Positions 39,192 to 52,735 of a stretch of DNA of 64,000 nucleotides are shown here, one piece after another. The notes under the pieces are model-generated. The model ran no database searches. It saw only the letters and a list, made by a program, of their open reading frames with translations, and was not told the DNA's origin. Source of the stretch: Octopus sinensis (taxonomy: Eukaryota). Location: the NCBI RefSeq assembly GCF_006345805.1, contig NC_043017.1:1860001-1924000 (forward strand). The letters are read 5' to 3'. How positions within the stretch are numbered: position 1 is the stretch's first letter; every line of letters starts with the position of its first letter. The translations under genes and the position numbers were made by a program.

Positions 39192-39729
39192 ACACGTATT
39201 TCCATGGACACATATATACATGCATACATGTGTAAGCATATATACACATATACACATATATACACATACCGATATATTAACAAACATACCTTATACCTCT
39301 TCACATGTACATTCACTCTATGAATCGATTATTTCTTATTATTTTTCCCTTCCTTCTCGAGATGTTTTTTTTTTATATATTTTCTGTTTTTTAAACGTCT
39401 TTTGTGTGTGTGTGGTGTGTGTGTGTTTCGAGATCATATGAAAGAAATATATTTTTCTATTAGATTTTGTAATCTTATGAAACTTTTGCGAGCTTCATTC
39501 ATCACTTTGAAACTGACATGTTACAAATATCCCCGCCTTTATCCCCCCCCCCCCAATATAGATTGGAACGAATAATACCCTTCCGAAAAATCTTCAATAT
39601 ATACAATTTTTCCCTATGGAAAATGATCTGCTTTTCAAAGTCATATATACGTACGGGTCGATTATTAGTAAGTTTGTATGTATCTTTGTAGGTATATATA
39701 TACATATACATACATACATGCATACATAC

Positions 39730-39770
<41 letters not shown>

Positions 39771-40175
39771 TGTGCTTGTAAATATATATATGTATATATA
39801 TATCTCTACATATATATCTATGCATATATGTATGAGCGTTTCTATGTCTATGTATATACATATACAGAGTTTAGTTCCAAGAATAAAATAATATATTAAC
39901 ATTAATAACAATAGCAACAATAACAAGAAGAAAGAACTTAATGATCTTGATGGTGGTGGTGGTGGTGGTGGTGGTGATGAAGACGAAATGGAACAGGAAG
40001 AATAAGAAAGAAGTGCACACACCCACACACATATATAGACAAACAAATATACATACATGCATAAGTAATATAAAAATATAGATATATTAATATGCTGTAT
40101 ATCATAAATACGTATGTATCCATAGTTATACATATATAGGTAAACGCATACAGGCATATGTATGTATATAAGTAA

Positions 40176-40215
<40 letters not shown>

Positions 40216-42419
40216 TATATGTGTGTGTGTGTGTCTGTGTGTGTGTGTGTGTATGTATATATATAATTTTACTAGTAAATTTGAACAGTATATAATTCAA
40301 CATGTTTATCATGGTTAATTGATTTCCTATTAGTATACAACAGCCTCGGGCGATATCATTGTTCCTCCGATGCCAAAAATTTGATATACCTTATCACGAC
40401 ATTAAACTATCTCTTGTGTTACACTATATCTCATATTTGGTTTGTTTTGTCTTTCTTGTTTTTTGTCTTTGTTGTTTTTGTTGGTTTTTTTTTTTCATAA
40501 TATTCTTCTATTATATATTTCTGTTGAACCATTCGAGAAGTGATGACGTTATCTGCAGCCTCGGGGAATATATCACTCCATCTAGTGGTATCAATAAAAT
40601 CTATTCTACTGTTTTATTTAGAGCTGATATTTTTATGCGATCGAACAGACAGACATATGAATTTATTCTCATATTGGATTTATAGGCAAATTTTCTGGTT
40701 GGTGTCCTTCGTAAATCTCCAAGAATACGTCTGCCAACGTGACCAAGGCGTAGTTTTTGGCCGATTCGTTTCGCTTGAACTAACGGCCCTCACACCACTG
40801 GCATCGAATCAAAAGGAACTATGAAAACGATCCAGTGGATCTTTAGTAGATTTTTTTATGGTGATTAGGCGCCGACAATTTTTGATTCTGTGAATTAGAT
40901 TTTAAATCGGTTATTTTTATTTGTTAAACATTTTAAACTGTTTTGGTTGTGACACGATCCATTACGGATTTTATTGTAGTGAACCGTGGAGATTTCACTT
41001 GTAAATCAATGGTATGACGAAGTCTTTGCATTCTTAATTCTATTGTTTTGTATGTGTAAAGAACGCATAGATACAAAATGCATCTATTAAGGTTTAAGTT
41101 TAGGCAATAATAACACATGTTTATTGTTAGAACCCAAACGAGTGAGATGAGCAAGGAAAAAGTAAGTCAAAATTTCCCGAATCGAAACTTCATTTCCTAA
41201 AAAGAAGGAGAAATGGGAATTCGAGAATATTAGAACGTCTTTCATCTTAAATCTGCTTGATCAGAGCTGACGTGTGTCGAAACAACAAAACGGAAGAACA
41301 AGTATATATTGCTTATGATTTCGCTTTCTTCCAAACCGTGATATTTATGTCTCATAATAAAGGTGGGACAATTCATTGCGGAATGTCGTTCGCTAGGACC
41401 ATTCAAATTCTCTCTCTCCTTCTTCGTCACTTACTCTGTCTCTCTGTTATTTGCTATCTAGGACGACGTCGTGCTCACAATATTTCAAGAATACGTGATG
41501 TAATTTTGGTTATATGATATAACCTGAAAGAGTAGACCGATGGTAAGACACCCTCTTTCTTTGATCTTTACGTTTTTATTTAGTCTCATGTTCTCTAGCA
41601 CGTTATGTTTCCTTCGTTCTTTTTAGACGACGGGACGTGGCTTTAGAAAGTGTTGCTGCTTTGCAAGCGAATGATTCGAATTTGGATTTTTTAAATGGAT
41701 CTCCGTCGGTGACGATTGATTCCAGAGACAAGTGTATCTTTAAAAGAATTCTTATAAGACTTTGTGGTAATGCTGGACCGATCAGTTCGACAGACGTCTA
41801 CACAAATCCCACCCGTCCAGTTTCACTAATAACATTTAGAATGACACAAAGCTACGTTAATAAATATTAATAAATATGAAAGTCTTTGAAGCGAAATGTC
41901 CAAAGTCACACGCTGTAAGTATTGAATCTAGGACTTTGTGGTTGAGAACCGAACTTGATTACCATTCGATTATTCTCTGTTAATCAGATGATTCACTGAG
42001 CGCTTGCTAAGACCCGCGTCATCCTCTTTGTGAGAAAAATGGATCTTTAGTAGTATGTCGTAACTGATATACAGATATGCAGACTGTTTGGTCACAAACA
42101 CACACACCCACACACATGTACACACACCACGGGGAAAAGCACACATCAACTGCTACACATAACACAACACACACATCGCACACACACGCACTCACACCCG
42201 TCAGAATCACTCGCTCCTATTCACACACACACACACTTACACACTCACAAACATCATCTTATACACACGCATACGCACGCACACCTTCACTTATTGGGAT
42301 CACTAGCACTTTATTATTTACCTTTCATTCAACCTCTTATTTTATTATTATTTCCCTTTCTTTCAACCTCTTTTTTCCCCCTATCATTCGCAATATTGGA
42401 CCGCTGAAATCTACAAGTG

Positions 42420-42570
42420 ATTTTTTTTCATTCTCTCTCTGTTTATTCTGTCTTATTTCTTTCTGCTGAAGAGCGTAGACTCGAAACACAAAATACTTTT
42501 TCATTTTTCCCGAGCATCAAACTAATAGACTTGCTTGTTGTTCAAACACCTGTCTTCGTCTTTTGTTTTT
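42420..42570 (+). mobile_element. Same non-autonomous repeat, copy 2
   Basis: TTTCTGCTGAAGAGCGTAGACTCGAAACACAAAATACTTTTTCATTTTTCCCGAGCATC. Homologous to copy 1. Confidence 0.55.
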
Positions 42571-42607
42571 CTATAAATTTCAACTAGATAGATACATGCA
42601 TACATAC

Positions 42608-42638
<31 letters not shown>

Positions 42639-42749
42639 CATACATACATACATACATACATACATACATGCATACATACATACATACATACATACATACA
42701 TACATACATACATACATCATACATAGAGAGAGAGAGAGAGAGAAGAGAG

Positions 42750-42785
<36 letters not shown>

Positions 42786-43150
42786 AATAATGGTATGGGG
42801 ATTTAGAAAAACATGGCACGTTGTTAACAGATGAGATATTTATAAGATTAGATATTTATTTTATATTAAGAGAGTAAATAATTTAAAAATCGAGTTATTC
42901 AAGGCAATAATATTCCTATTCATAGCGTTGGAATACGGTGAAATTGTTTATGTTCTAAATATTTTTCAAACTTGTATGAAAAGTCGAAGGAGACCTTATC
43001 ATGGAGTGCGGACAGTATAGGGCTGTACATCACGTGATGAGTGGTGAAAGTGGGAGATAAGCAATGAAATTCCTTCGGTAACTGTCAGTTACTGAAGGCA
43101 TGTTTCGCTCTTTTGCAAGTTTGTGATACTTTGCTCTTTAATACTTCACA

Positions 43151-43456
43151 GGGCATGGCTCGGTGGGGCTCACAATCAGGAGGTAGTGAGTTCGATTCCC
43201 GGACCGGGCTGCATGTTGCGTTCTTGAGCAAGGTACTTTAATTCACATTGCTCCAGTTCAGTCACCTGCAGAAATGCGTTGCGACATCACTGGTACCAAG
43301 CTGTATCGGCCTTTGCCTTTCCCCTGAAGGACGTCGGTAGAGAGGGGACCCTGCTACGCATGGGCGATTGCTAGTCTTCTATACAAGGCAACCCGGACTT
43401 GTAGTTAGGAGTGTAACTTTCTAGGTGCAATCCTAAGGTCACTCATGGCCGAAGAG
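43151..43456 (+). mobile_element. tRNA-derived SINE, family D (diverged copy)
   Basis: GGGCATGGCTCGGTGG...GAGTTCGATTCCCGGACCGGG...TTCTTGAGCAAGGTACTT...TTTCTAGGTGCAATCC...CATGGCCGAAG. Matches the reverse complement of 9801-10126. Confidence 0.8.
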
Positions 43457-43824
43457 TATTCGTGCACCTGCCATTAATACGAGTGAGCACACTCACTGTT
43501 CAGTTAGTCTCAGTTCTTGTAAATGAGAGCTGATCGGTACTGGTGAAACTGGGCGTTCATAACGCTTGTGTGCAGAAACACACGTTCATCTAACGTTCTG
43601 TGTGGTTTGGAGTGGGAAACACTAACGGAAGGGAATTGAACCTACGTTGCTTGGTTCTCCAGCCTGATGTCAATGGATCGACACTCACATACACGCGTAT
43701 GCGCACACACATGGTGCCATATCCGTGCACATACATGCTCCCAGATACACACAAATATATATTATATATATATATAATATATATATATATATATTATATA
43801 TATACATACATATCTATCTATCTA

Positions 43825-43863
<39 letters not shown>

Positions 43864-43868
43864 ATATA

Positions 43869-43906
<38 letters not shown>

Positions 43907-44021
43907 GCTGTTTTTACTGAGATCTCCCTTTTTAGTAGAAGAAATAGCTATAACCCTTTGACTGCTATTTCTAAATTCGGTATGTGGTAAGGCAATTCGT
44001 TGCTAAACCCTTTATTGCTTA

Positions 44022-44125
<104 letters not shown>

Positions 44126-44228
44126 TATATATGTGTGTGTGTGTATACACACATATTTGTGTGCATGTATATATGTATATCTATATATCTATCTATACAT
44201 AACATATATATATATAATATATATATAA

Positions 44229-44269
<41 letters not shown>

Positions 44270-44276
44270 TATATAT

Positions 44277-44309
<33 letters not shown>

Positions 44310-44310
44310 C

Positions 44311-44373
<63 letters not shown>

Positions 44374-44977
44374 AAAATAGCTATTATATTATATTATATC
44401 ATATTGTTCACACAGACAAAACTTCACACAAACCCTGTACGCATGTGAGTGAGATGTCTTGAACAGTACAACAAAGAGGGGAGAGAATAAGTAGATAAGT
44501 AGGTCAAGTAAGAGAGCCTCGCTGACGATGTTGAATATAATAGGAGCAGTATTCGGCAAAATATCGCAAAAGTAATATTGCTACAAGAGATTCGTATCAG
44601 AACTGCTTAGGCCCGAAGAACTGTAGCTTTGACGATGTGAACGACTTCAGGGGTAAATTCACTGAAGCTTGAACGTTTAATTAATGTTACTAAATTTGGT
44701 TAAGACTGTGTAAACGACACCATTGTTGTTGACATATGTCTCCCTTGGGGAAAGAAACAAATGTAAGTTTCTCACAAAGAAACTGTGAAACAGCTGAGTA
44801 AGAATCTGAGAAGAAAGAAAAAAATAATGCGGAATTGTGATTTAAAATTTTTTATAGCAGACAACGTAATAAATCTTTAAAATGGACGGATACACGCTGG
44901 CACGCAAAGACTATATCTTTTATAGATTGCAATCACTGATTTCTTTTTTTACATGAGCTGACACTGACTAAATAATA

Positions 44978-45064
<87 letters not shown>

Positions 45065-45197
45065 ATATATATAATATATATATATATCTATATTATATAT
45101 ATAATATATAATATATATAATATATACGCATAATTTATATATATATATACATATATACATATACATTATATATATATATATGTGTATATATATATAT

Positions 45198-45254
<57 letters not shown>

Positions 45255-45337
45255 TATAGAGAGAGATAAGAGATATGTATACATATGTATATATTAATAT
45301 ATAATATATATATATATATTAATATATATGTGTGCGT

Positions 45338-45368
<31 letters not shown>

Positions 45369-45610
45369 CACACACACACACACACATAAACATATATATG
45401 TGTGTGTGTGTATTGGTGGCAGTACTATAGTCGACAAGTCTTTTCCGCAATTTCTGCTACTTTGTTTTTGCTTACATATTTATGTAAAGACAAGAAAAAG
45501 TATGTGTTATCGACCACCTGGAATGCAGGTGACGTGTGGCCTTCTATGTGCTAGATCAGCCTGTTAAAAATAGCAGCCAAATCTCCCTTTGTTTGCATTT
45601 CGTCGTCTTC

Positions 45611-45827
45611 ATATTGAATCATATTTTGTCAGCGGGCCAGCAATTTCTAGGGAGTTGTTAATTCGATTATATCGACTCTCTTCTCAACTGGTATTTCTTT
45701 TATCGACTCCTGGAAGGATGAAAGCTACAGTCGACTGTGGCGGAATTTGAACTCAGAATGCAAAGACGGACGAAATGACGTTGAGCATTTCGCTCGGTGC
45801 GCTAACGATTCTGCCAGCTCACCGCCT
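45611..45827 (-). mobile_element. SINE family A, tail variant
   Basis: Reverse complement of AGGCGGTGAGCTGGCAGAATCGTTAGC...GAGTTCAAATTCC...CTTTCATCC. Confidence 0.85.
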
Positions 45828-46494
45828 AATTGAATGATGGAAAAGATAACAGAAACTTGCCGCAAGTCGAGTTCACAACAGGACAGATCTTCAGAAGAGC
45901 AACTCTCATCCGACAAGAGATTCGGCCCATATACCTGGCACTCTACGGGAGCCGGGCCCACCCAGGTCATAACTCTTAGGTGTCCTGCTGCTTTTGGTGG
46001 TGTTATTGGATATTATGATGATGATAATGATTTTGATGATGATGATGATGATGATGCTGACAATTGTGATGATTGTGTGAAGGTGATTTGACCGATATTT
46101 CTAGCATTATGGCATTTAGACGGTTCCAGTGAGTATATCGGCGTCATTGGCATGATTAGGAGAAATGATTTTGATGTTCCTGTTGCTATTTCATAACCAT
46201 AGGTCGGACATGATTGAGTCGTTGACAAGAGGAAGTATGATGACGTCATTGGTATAGGAGAAATGGTGCAAAATCTGAGACGCAAGAGAAATCGGAGAAA
46301 TAGAAGTGGAAATGGAGGTTTGGAAATGTGTAAGAGGGAAATTGCATTGGCGATGATATAAAAGGAAAGGAGCAAGAATGATAGAACGTGAGTAATGGAA
46401 GGAGAAAGAGGGCCATAGAGAAGTAGAAACAATGAGAGCGAGTGGAGTACCGGGAAACGGTTATAGGGTAACAGAGTGATAGAAGAAAGACAGT

Positions 46495-46719
46495 GAGCTG
46501 GCAGAAACGTTAGCACACCGGACGAAATGCTTAGCGGTATTTTGTCTGCCGTTACGTTCTGAGTTCAAATTCCGCCGAGATCGACTTTGCTTTTCACCCT
46601 TCCGGGGTCGACAAATTAAGTACCAGTTACGCACTGGGATCGATGTAATCGACTTAATCCGTTTGTCTGTCCTTGTTTGTTTCCTCTGTGTTTAGCCCCT
46701 TGTGGGCAATAAAGAAATA
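46495..46719 (+). mobile_element. SINE family A, monomer
   Basis: Complete from the head to CCCCTTGTGGGCAATAAAGAAATA. Confidence 0.92.
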
Positions 46720-46924
46720 GGAGTTATAGAAGAAAGAACAAGAGGTCTTCAAATGATCTCAAAGAGCGGAAACTTAGGTCACAAGGGCACCATGAAAGTT
46801 ATGTACCACTAGAGTGAGAGAGAGAGATTAGCGGAGGCTCAAAGAATAATGTCTGAGACAAATATCCAGATTGAAAGAGAGAGAGCCAATTACGCTGGGT
46901 TAGTGACATGCTAATAAGCATAAT

Positions 46925-47004
<80 letters not shown>

Positions 47005-49987
47005 AGATAGATAGGTAGATAGGAATGCGGAGAGAAAGTGAGCGAGCTATAAAATGGAATCGAATATTAGTGCTTGTTGGAAGATAGCAAATATGAGAAT
47101 AATATAAGTTAGGAATGAATATAAGTCGAGATAGAGAATGATAAATATAGTTTTAAGAAGTATTTAAATGGAAGTGACAGCTTTACTGGCACTAATGGAG
47201 TTCAGCGAAATGTTTGAGTGTTTAAACTGTTATAGAATAAGAAATGAAAATGGCTGGGTAGAAGGAAAAGACTAGAGAGAGAGATAGAGGATGAGAGAGA
47301 GAGGAAGAAGGAGAGAGGGAGAAAGAGAGAGGTAACGGGAGAGGGGGAGAGAGGAAGGGTGAGAGGGATAAGTGTAGAAGGGAGAGGAAGATAGAGAGAG
47401 ATATAGAGAGAAATGACGAGTGACAGTGAATAAATTTAAAATAGCCTCCTAAAAGCAACGCTGTATTGATATTCTCCACCATTGCTCTTCTCAGATGATG
47501 ACGACGATGACGACGTCGACAACGGCGACAACATTGTTATTGATCACGAGTCTGATTATGGTCCCCAACAGTCCTAGTAATGAGGATAATTAGGACAATA
47601 TTCGATGTTTACCCATCTTCCATTCCATTAAATAAACGGATGATATTTCAGAATCAATGATAACTAACCAACGACTGAGCGAAAACGAAATCACTTCATT
47701 TTATTTTTCTTCATGTGAGCTCGTCCATTGAATACGGTTTGTACGGAAGAAATATTATTGCTTGTGTAGTACACCTTATCCGATTACTGGTTTAACTCCA
47801 TCACCTGGTGGCTGAATGGTTTTAGCGGAATTCAGTATTTCAACTCGCTGGATTGTGGACAATGTGACATAAAAAGCGTTTCATTTTAATGTCCCATATC
47901 TTCCCTAATTCCTCGATTTGAACAAAACCTGTGGAAAAAAAAAATAACCTTGAAATAATCCCAATGCCAGATACAATAGAATTTAGGCTCCAACAATAAC
48001 TACCGATGAGATGATGCTTATATTTGGAAAGAGTCCACCTGTGAATATTTCGTTTCTTGTACATCTACATAGATGGATAGATGTTGTTGTTAACATCAAG
48101 CCATAACATGTGGAAATATCTATCACACATGATCGTACATATATCCACTCAAATATCCCAGATTCGCCTATACAGTATAATGGTAGGCGAAAGAATACTT
48201 TCATATTATTATAAAGTTATTTAGATTCAGAATCGAAAAGCAGATACTAAAAGTGCGTTCTCAGAGGAGTCCGGTTCAACTGGACCACGCTCGCCATCTC
48301 ACCTACCTTGCAATAGCTTTCCGTTTTGGAAACCTACGCTATCTCTTACAGCTGACATACAGGAAACACTAACAGCAATCAGGTCACGTGCAGCAGTGAT
48401 GGTCTTCAGTCGGTATTTCAGTTTTGGTGTTGTTGGATGTATCTTAAAAGTCTAACTTTAGAAATGTCTAATTTACGTGGCTGCTGAAATGTCAAATTTT
48501 TCGACAACCAAATCCGTCTTCTTTACACTCTCCAGGACGGAGTTGTTTTCTGGAAATTACGAAACTTTCGTCTAAAGCATACGTTAAAAGATTCAAAACA
48601 TTGTGCTGAAATTTTCCACATCCCGTCAGAAAGAGCACTTCTAGCGCCACCTTTCCCATCTTGAGCCAAAATCTCCGCCATCACAACTGCCGGCAGAAAG
48701 AACAACGAAAAAAGCAAGAAAACCGATGTGATAGACAGTGACAGTGATACCCTACCGCACTGTAACAACAATCTCTTCCAATTACACGGCAATAAACACC
48801 AGTGACATGCTTCGACAAAAAGTAGGACGATAACAAAATGTAAAGAAAAATGTAACGACAGCGACATCACTTAAGACGACGGCAAAAGTTCAGAAAAAAA
48901 AGGCAGCCACAGCATCAACAGCAACATAAATAATGAGAACATCGAAAATAAAATACTAACAGCAACAACATAACTAACAATATAATCACCACCACCATCA
49001 CCTCCGCCACTAGCGTTCACATTAATGCTAACAATAACCCAAAACCGGGGCTAGCAAACCAAGGGTTAAAAAGTTTCGCCAACGATTTTCGAATACAAAG
49101 TTTAGTTTCGGTTTTCTTGTAGGATTTGAAAAATGCTAAATATCCTCAACCAGGTTTCGGCGAACGATATCTGTAAATATACTGCAAGAGATCCAAGAGG
49201 ACACACAGACAACACAGTTTATAAGTGAATGTAACTCGGATCTAGGAAAATTGGAACGAAATGAAACGGACGCATTTTTAACCAAAGTAGGATGCTAACT
49301 ATATTCTACAATATCACTATAAAGTGGCGTGCTGACTTCATAGCGATCTAAAAATATGGTCCATGTCCCGCTAGAAATAGATCTTTGATGGCCAGTAGTA
49401 GCCACTTTGTTGGATTGTTAAAGAAAAGCTTAACTCATTACATATCCACCAGCTGAAAAAAAAAGAATGGGTCATGTATACGGGTGATATTATTGATACA
49501 AATCTATTAAGATTCGATGGAAGCCATCCTGGACCTAATCAGTATGCGAAGGTGAGGATACTCATTGTGGCGGGGTTGAGGGCAGAAAGCTTAACTGTCG
49601 CTGATGTTGTGGCAACAACCATCTCATTTTCTCTGCACAACAAAAAGAACAAAACAGAGGTTTCCAATGTTGTCGATACCCACCACCGTAGAAGCAAAAA
49701 CGGTAAGAAAGGCAGCAGCAGGACCACCAACGACAACAATTATCAATAATAGCTTCCGGTCACAAGAGCAAGAACGATAACAACCATTGTTAAATTAACA
49801 GCCAATAAAGCTGCAGGAATAGAAGGAATAAAATCAACAACTGCTACATTGCAAGCTACGAGAAAAGCAATAAAAGAAGTACCATTCATAGGGGACACCA
49901 CATCAATGGAAACAGCAACTTCAACAACAAATAACCTTGACACAAAAAAAAGAAACACAGCTGAGGAAAACTATAAGACTAACAGTG

Positions 49988-50235
49988 AACTGGCAGAATA
50001 TTTACCGCGGCAAGCTGGCAGAATCGTTACTGCGGAGAGCTAGCAGGATTGTTGCCGTGGATAGTTGGCAGAATTGTTATCCTGGAGAGCTGGCATAATC
50101 GTTACCGCTGAGAGCTAGCAGAATGGCTACTGTGGTCAGCTGGCAGAATCGTTACCGTGGGTAGAAGGCAGGATCGTTACCGCGGTTAACTGGAAGATTC
50201 GTACGATGGTCAGCTAGCACAATCGTTACCGCCTC
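49988..50235 (+). repeat. Minisatellite, 10 x ~25 bp, consensus AGCTGGCAGAATCGTTACCGCGGAG (derived from the SINE A-box)
   Basis: Units start at 49988, 50013, 50038, 50063, 50088, 50113, 50138, 50163, 50188 and 50212. The first 17 nt of the consensus equal the family A head. Confidence 0.92.
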
Positions 50236-50413
50236 AGAAAAGAAAACTGCTTTGCGACATTTCTTCTGTCCTTACGTTCCGTGTTCAAATACTGCCGGGG
50301 ACAACTTAGCCTCTCGTCGATCAAATAAGTATTAGCTGAGCTCTGGACCGATGCAATCGACTTATCTACTTCATTGCAATAACTGGCTTCGCGCCAAAAT
50401 TTCAAACCAATAT
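50236..50413 (+). mobile_element. Diverged SINE family A body following the minisatellite
   Basis: CATTTCTTCTGTCCTTACGTTCCGTGTTCAAATACTGCCGGGG...TCGATCAAATAAGTA...ATGCAATCGACT...AAATTTCAAACCAATA. Confidence 0.7.
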
Positions 50414-51131
50414 CTCTTAATTTAGAATTTACATTAAATATTTTCTGTTACTCCGTGATACATACTGCAGCAGAAAAATGTGATTTTTTCCTTCTTTTTC
50501 CAATTAAATAGTCGCTTTTCTATAAGGACTTCATTCAGGTTCATTCCACATATTTTCAATTACCTTTTCAATGTGTATTTTCAATTCTTTTTCATACACC
50601 GTTTCCAATACAAGAAGAACCTTACCACTGTAAAAGGAATTATAAGATATTCATTAAATTTAGAAATTAAATACACACGCACACACTCACACAAAAAACA
50701 ACTAATTAATATGCTTTTTGCATATTTGTTTTAATGAATATATAATCTTTTTGCTTTTACAATTTTTTTTCTATTTCTTTAAGATATTCAGCTTCTGAGT
50801 AATATGAGAAATTAAGCTTGGAAAGCGAAGCCATTAACCATTTTTAACCAAGCTATCCACAATATAGCTTCTAGGGATTCTTGTTTCTGACATATTCGTG
50901 ACTGCAATATAACAGCGCTTATGACATCTTATAATTAAAAAGATAACATTTTCACACCTTCTTATACTAATTATTTTTCTTACCTTTCTCGCTTTAATTA
51001 ATTTCACTGCATCTACAACAATATTCGGTAAACATAATACATATGCAAATATATACATATATATATATATATAATGTCTATATATATGTGTATATATATA
51101 TATAGGGAGAGAGAAAGCGAGAGAGAGATGT

Positions 51132-51162
<31 letters not shown>

Positions 51163-52304
51163 TATATATTATATATATATATACATACTATATATATATA
51201 TATAGTATATGTGTATGTATGATATATATAATATATATATATATATATTATGTATATATATATAAGTTCAGTTTTGCTTATCCCTTAAGTTTTAGGAAAC
51301 CAGTGCTTAGAAGAACGCAGAGATGGGTATCTACCCTTCTCCTCGAATTTATATTTATAAATTTTCTGCCGTTTTTACATAAAGCATATTACTCTACCTC
51401 TGGTATTTAAGTACTCTTTTTTCCACCTTTTTTCACATTTATGTGCTTACTCCGGTACATATATATATATATATATGAAGGGAATTGAAAGAAACGAGAT
51501 CTAATATAGTTAATTCAATTGCTGAAATTATGGGTAGGTTTATTGTACTTTCATAAAAGATTAGTTGTTCCAGTATTTTCAGCTTTAGAACGAGAAATAA
51601 GAGAGTTCATGATTTGATCTGAATTGAACTCAAATGGTAGCTCAAGAAAAAAAAAAGATAAAGATTGAATTCGTAAATAATCAATGTTTTCTTTTGAGAT
51701 ATTTTCAAAGAATTCATGGGAATGCAGTAAAAGGTGTGAATAGGAAAAATAAAGTTATTGGCAAAATATTCAATGTGGAAATATTCACATTGAGATCTCA
51801 GCTAGGGGGACATGTTGGTTTATTTTTACTAGGCACTAGTTGTTCATTACGTTGTTTCCTTTTCCATAGATCACAGGGGAAACACTTTTTTAAACCTTTA
51901 AATATACATGTATCTTCCTATCCAAGTTTACTCGTCAATAAGGGAAAACAGAGTTTAAAATTTTTCATATATATATATATATAGAGAGACAGAGAGAGAG
52001 AGAGAGAGACCTGACACCGTTCATTAATCGGTGTGCATGCAAAGCAATGATTAGTAAATTTACGAAAATGTATGCCTTTAAATCTCTTCAATAATTCACA
52101 ATAATGACTTTTATTACTTTTATTATTCAGTTCATCTAATTGTATATATCTATCGTTTCTTTTCATAAAAAACCCTTTACTTTTTTGATCTCCAATGTGC
52201 ATTTTCGCTTATTTTTCTTCTTACTTTCCCTATATATATATATATATATATAGCTGATGTCAAATTTTAGCCGTGTTTGAGTTGGTCATCCGAACACAGT
52301 GAAT

Positions 52305-52412
52305 GTTGATCAGCTACCAGACACTGAAAGCCTCATCGAAGACCTCCCGCAACTAAAGCAGCGCTGAGATGGTTGGCCTAAGCGGGTCAAAAATGTCTAA
52401 GCAGACTCAACT
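52305..52412 (+). pseudogene. Possible RTE-clade LINE C-terminal remnant
   Basis: One frame reads VDQLPDTESLIEDLPQLKQR*DGWPKRVKNV*ADST, resembling the IDQL..DT....EDL...M.DR..W..RV..V terminus of RTE reverse transcriptases. Short and degenerate. Confidence 0.35.
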
Positions 52413-52519
52413 AGAAGAATCGATGTCATGGGTCGACAGATATAAATGGTCGACAGATGCTATGTAGAAATATCGGTTTTGCACAGGTCATTTATCTTAA
52501 TAATATTCCATTGAAAACA

Positions 52520-52735
52520 TTCTTTTCTACTCTAGGCACAAGGCCCGAAAATATGGGGGAGGGGCCCAGTCGACTAGATCAACCCCAGCATGCAACTGGT
52601 ACTTAATTTATCAACCCCAAAAGGATGAAAGGCAAAGTCGACCTCGGCGGAATTTGATCTCAGAACGTATAGACAGACGAAATATCGCTAAGCATTTCGC
52701 CCGGCGTGCTAACGTCTCTGCCAGCTCACTGTCTT
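52520..52735 (-). mobile_element. SINE family A with CCTTGTGCCTAGAGTAGAAAAG tail
   Basis: Reverse complement of head, B-box and central domain. Same tail as the third unit of the 12500 trimer. Confidence 0.88.

Noticed and set aside
41445-41870. Two strong plus-strand acceptor-like sites (TAG at ~41461 and ~41627) and a 77-aa ORF
   Set aside because: No convincing downstream donors and no recognisable peptide. Such sites are frequent in AT-rich DNA.
49010-49240. Possible second Helitron-associated element (ACTAGC start, ACACACAGACAACACAG near the end)
   Set aside because: Termini are too degenerate and show no alignable similarity to the 35060-35480 element.
49988-50235. Regularly spaced repeats that could suggest a CRISPR array
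   Set aside because: Units are contiguous with no unique spacers, derive from a SINE head, and the context is eukaryotic with no cas genes.
51255-51460. Unique insert between (TA)n tracts with a GGGTA-TC-TACCC hairpin, possibly a hammerhead stem II remnant
   Set aside because: Both conserved core segments are missing, so it cannot be supported.
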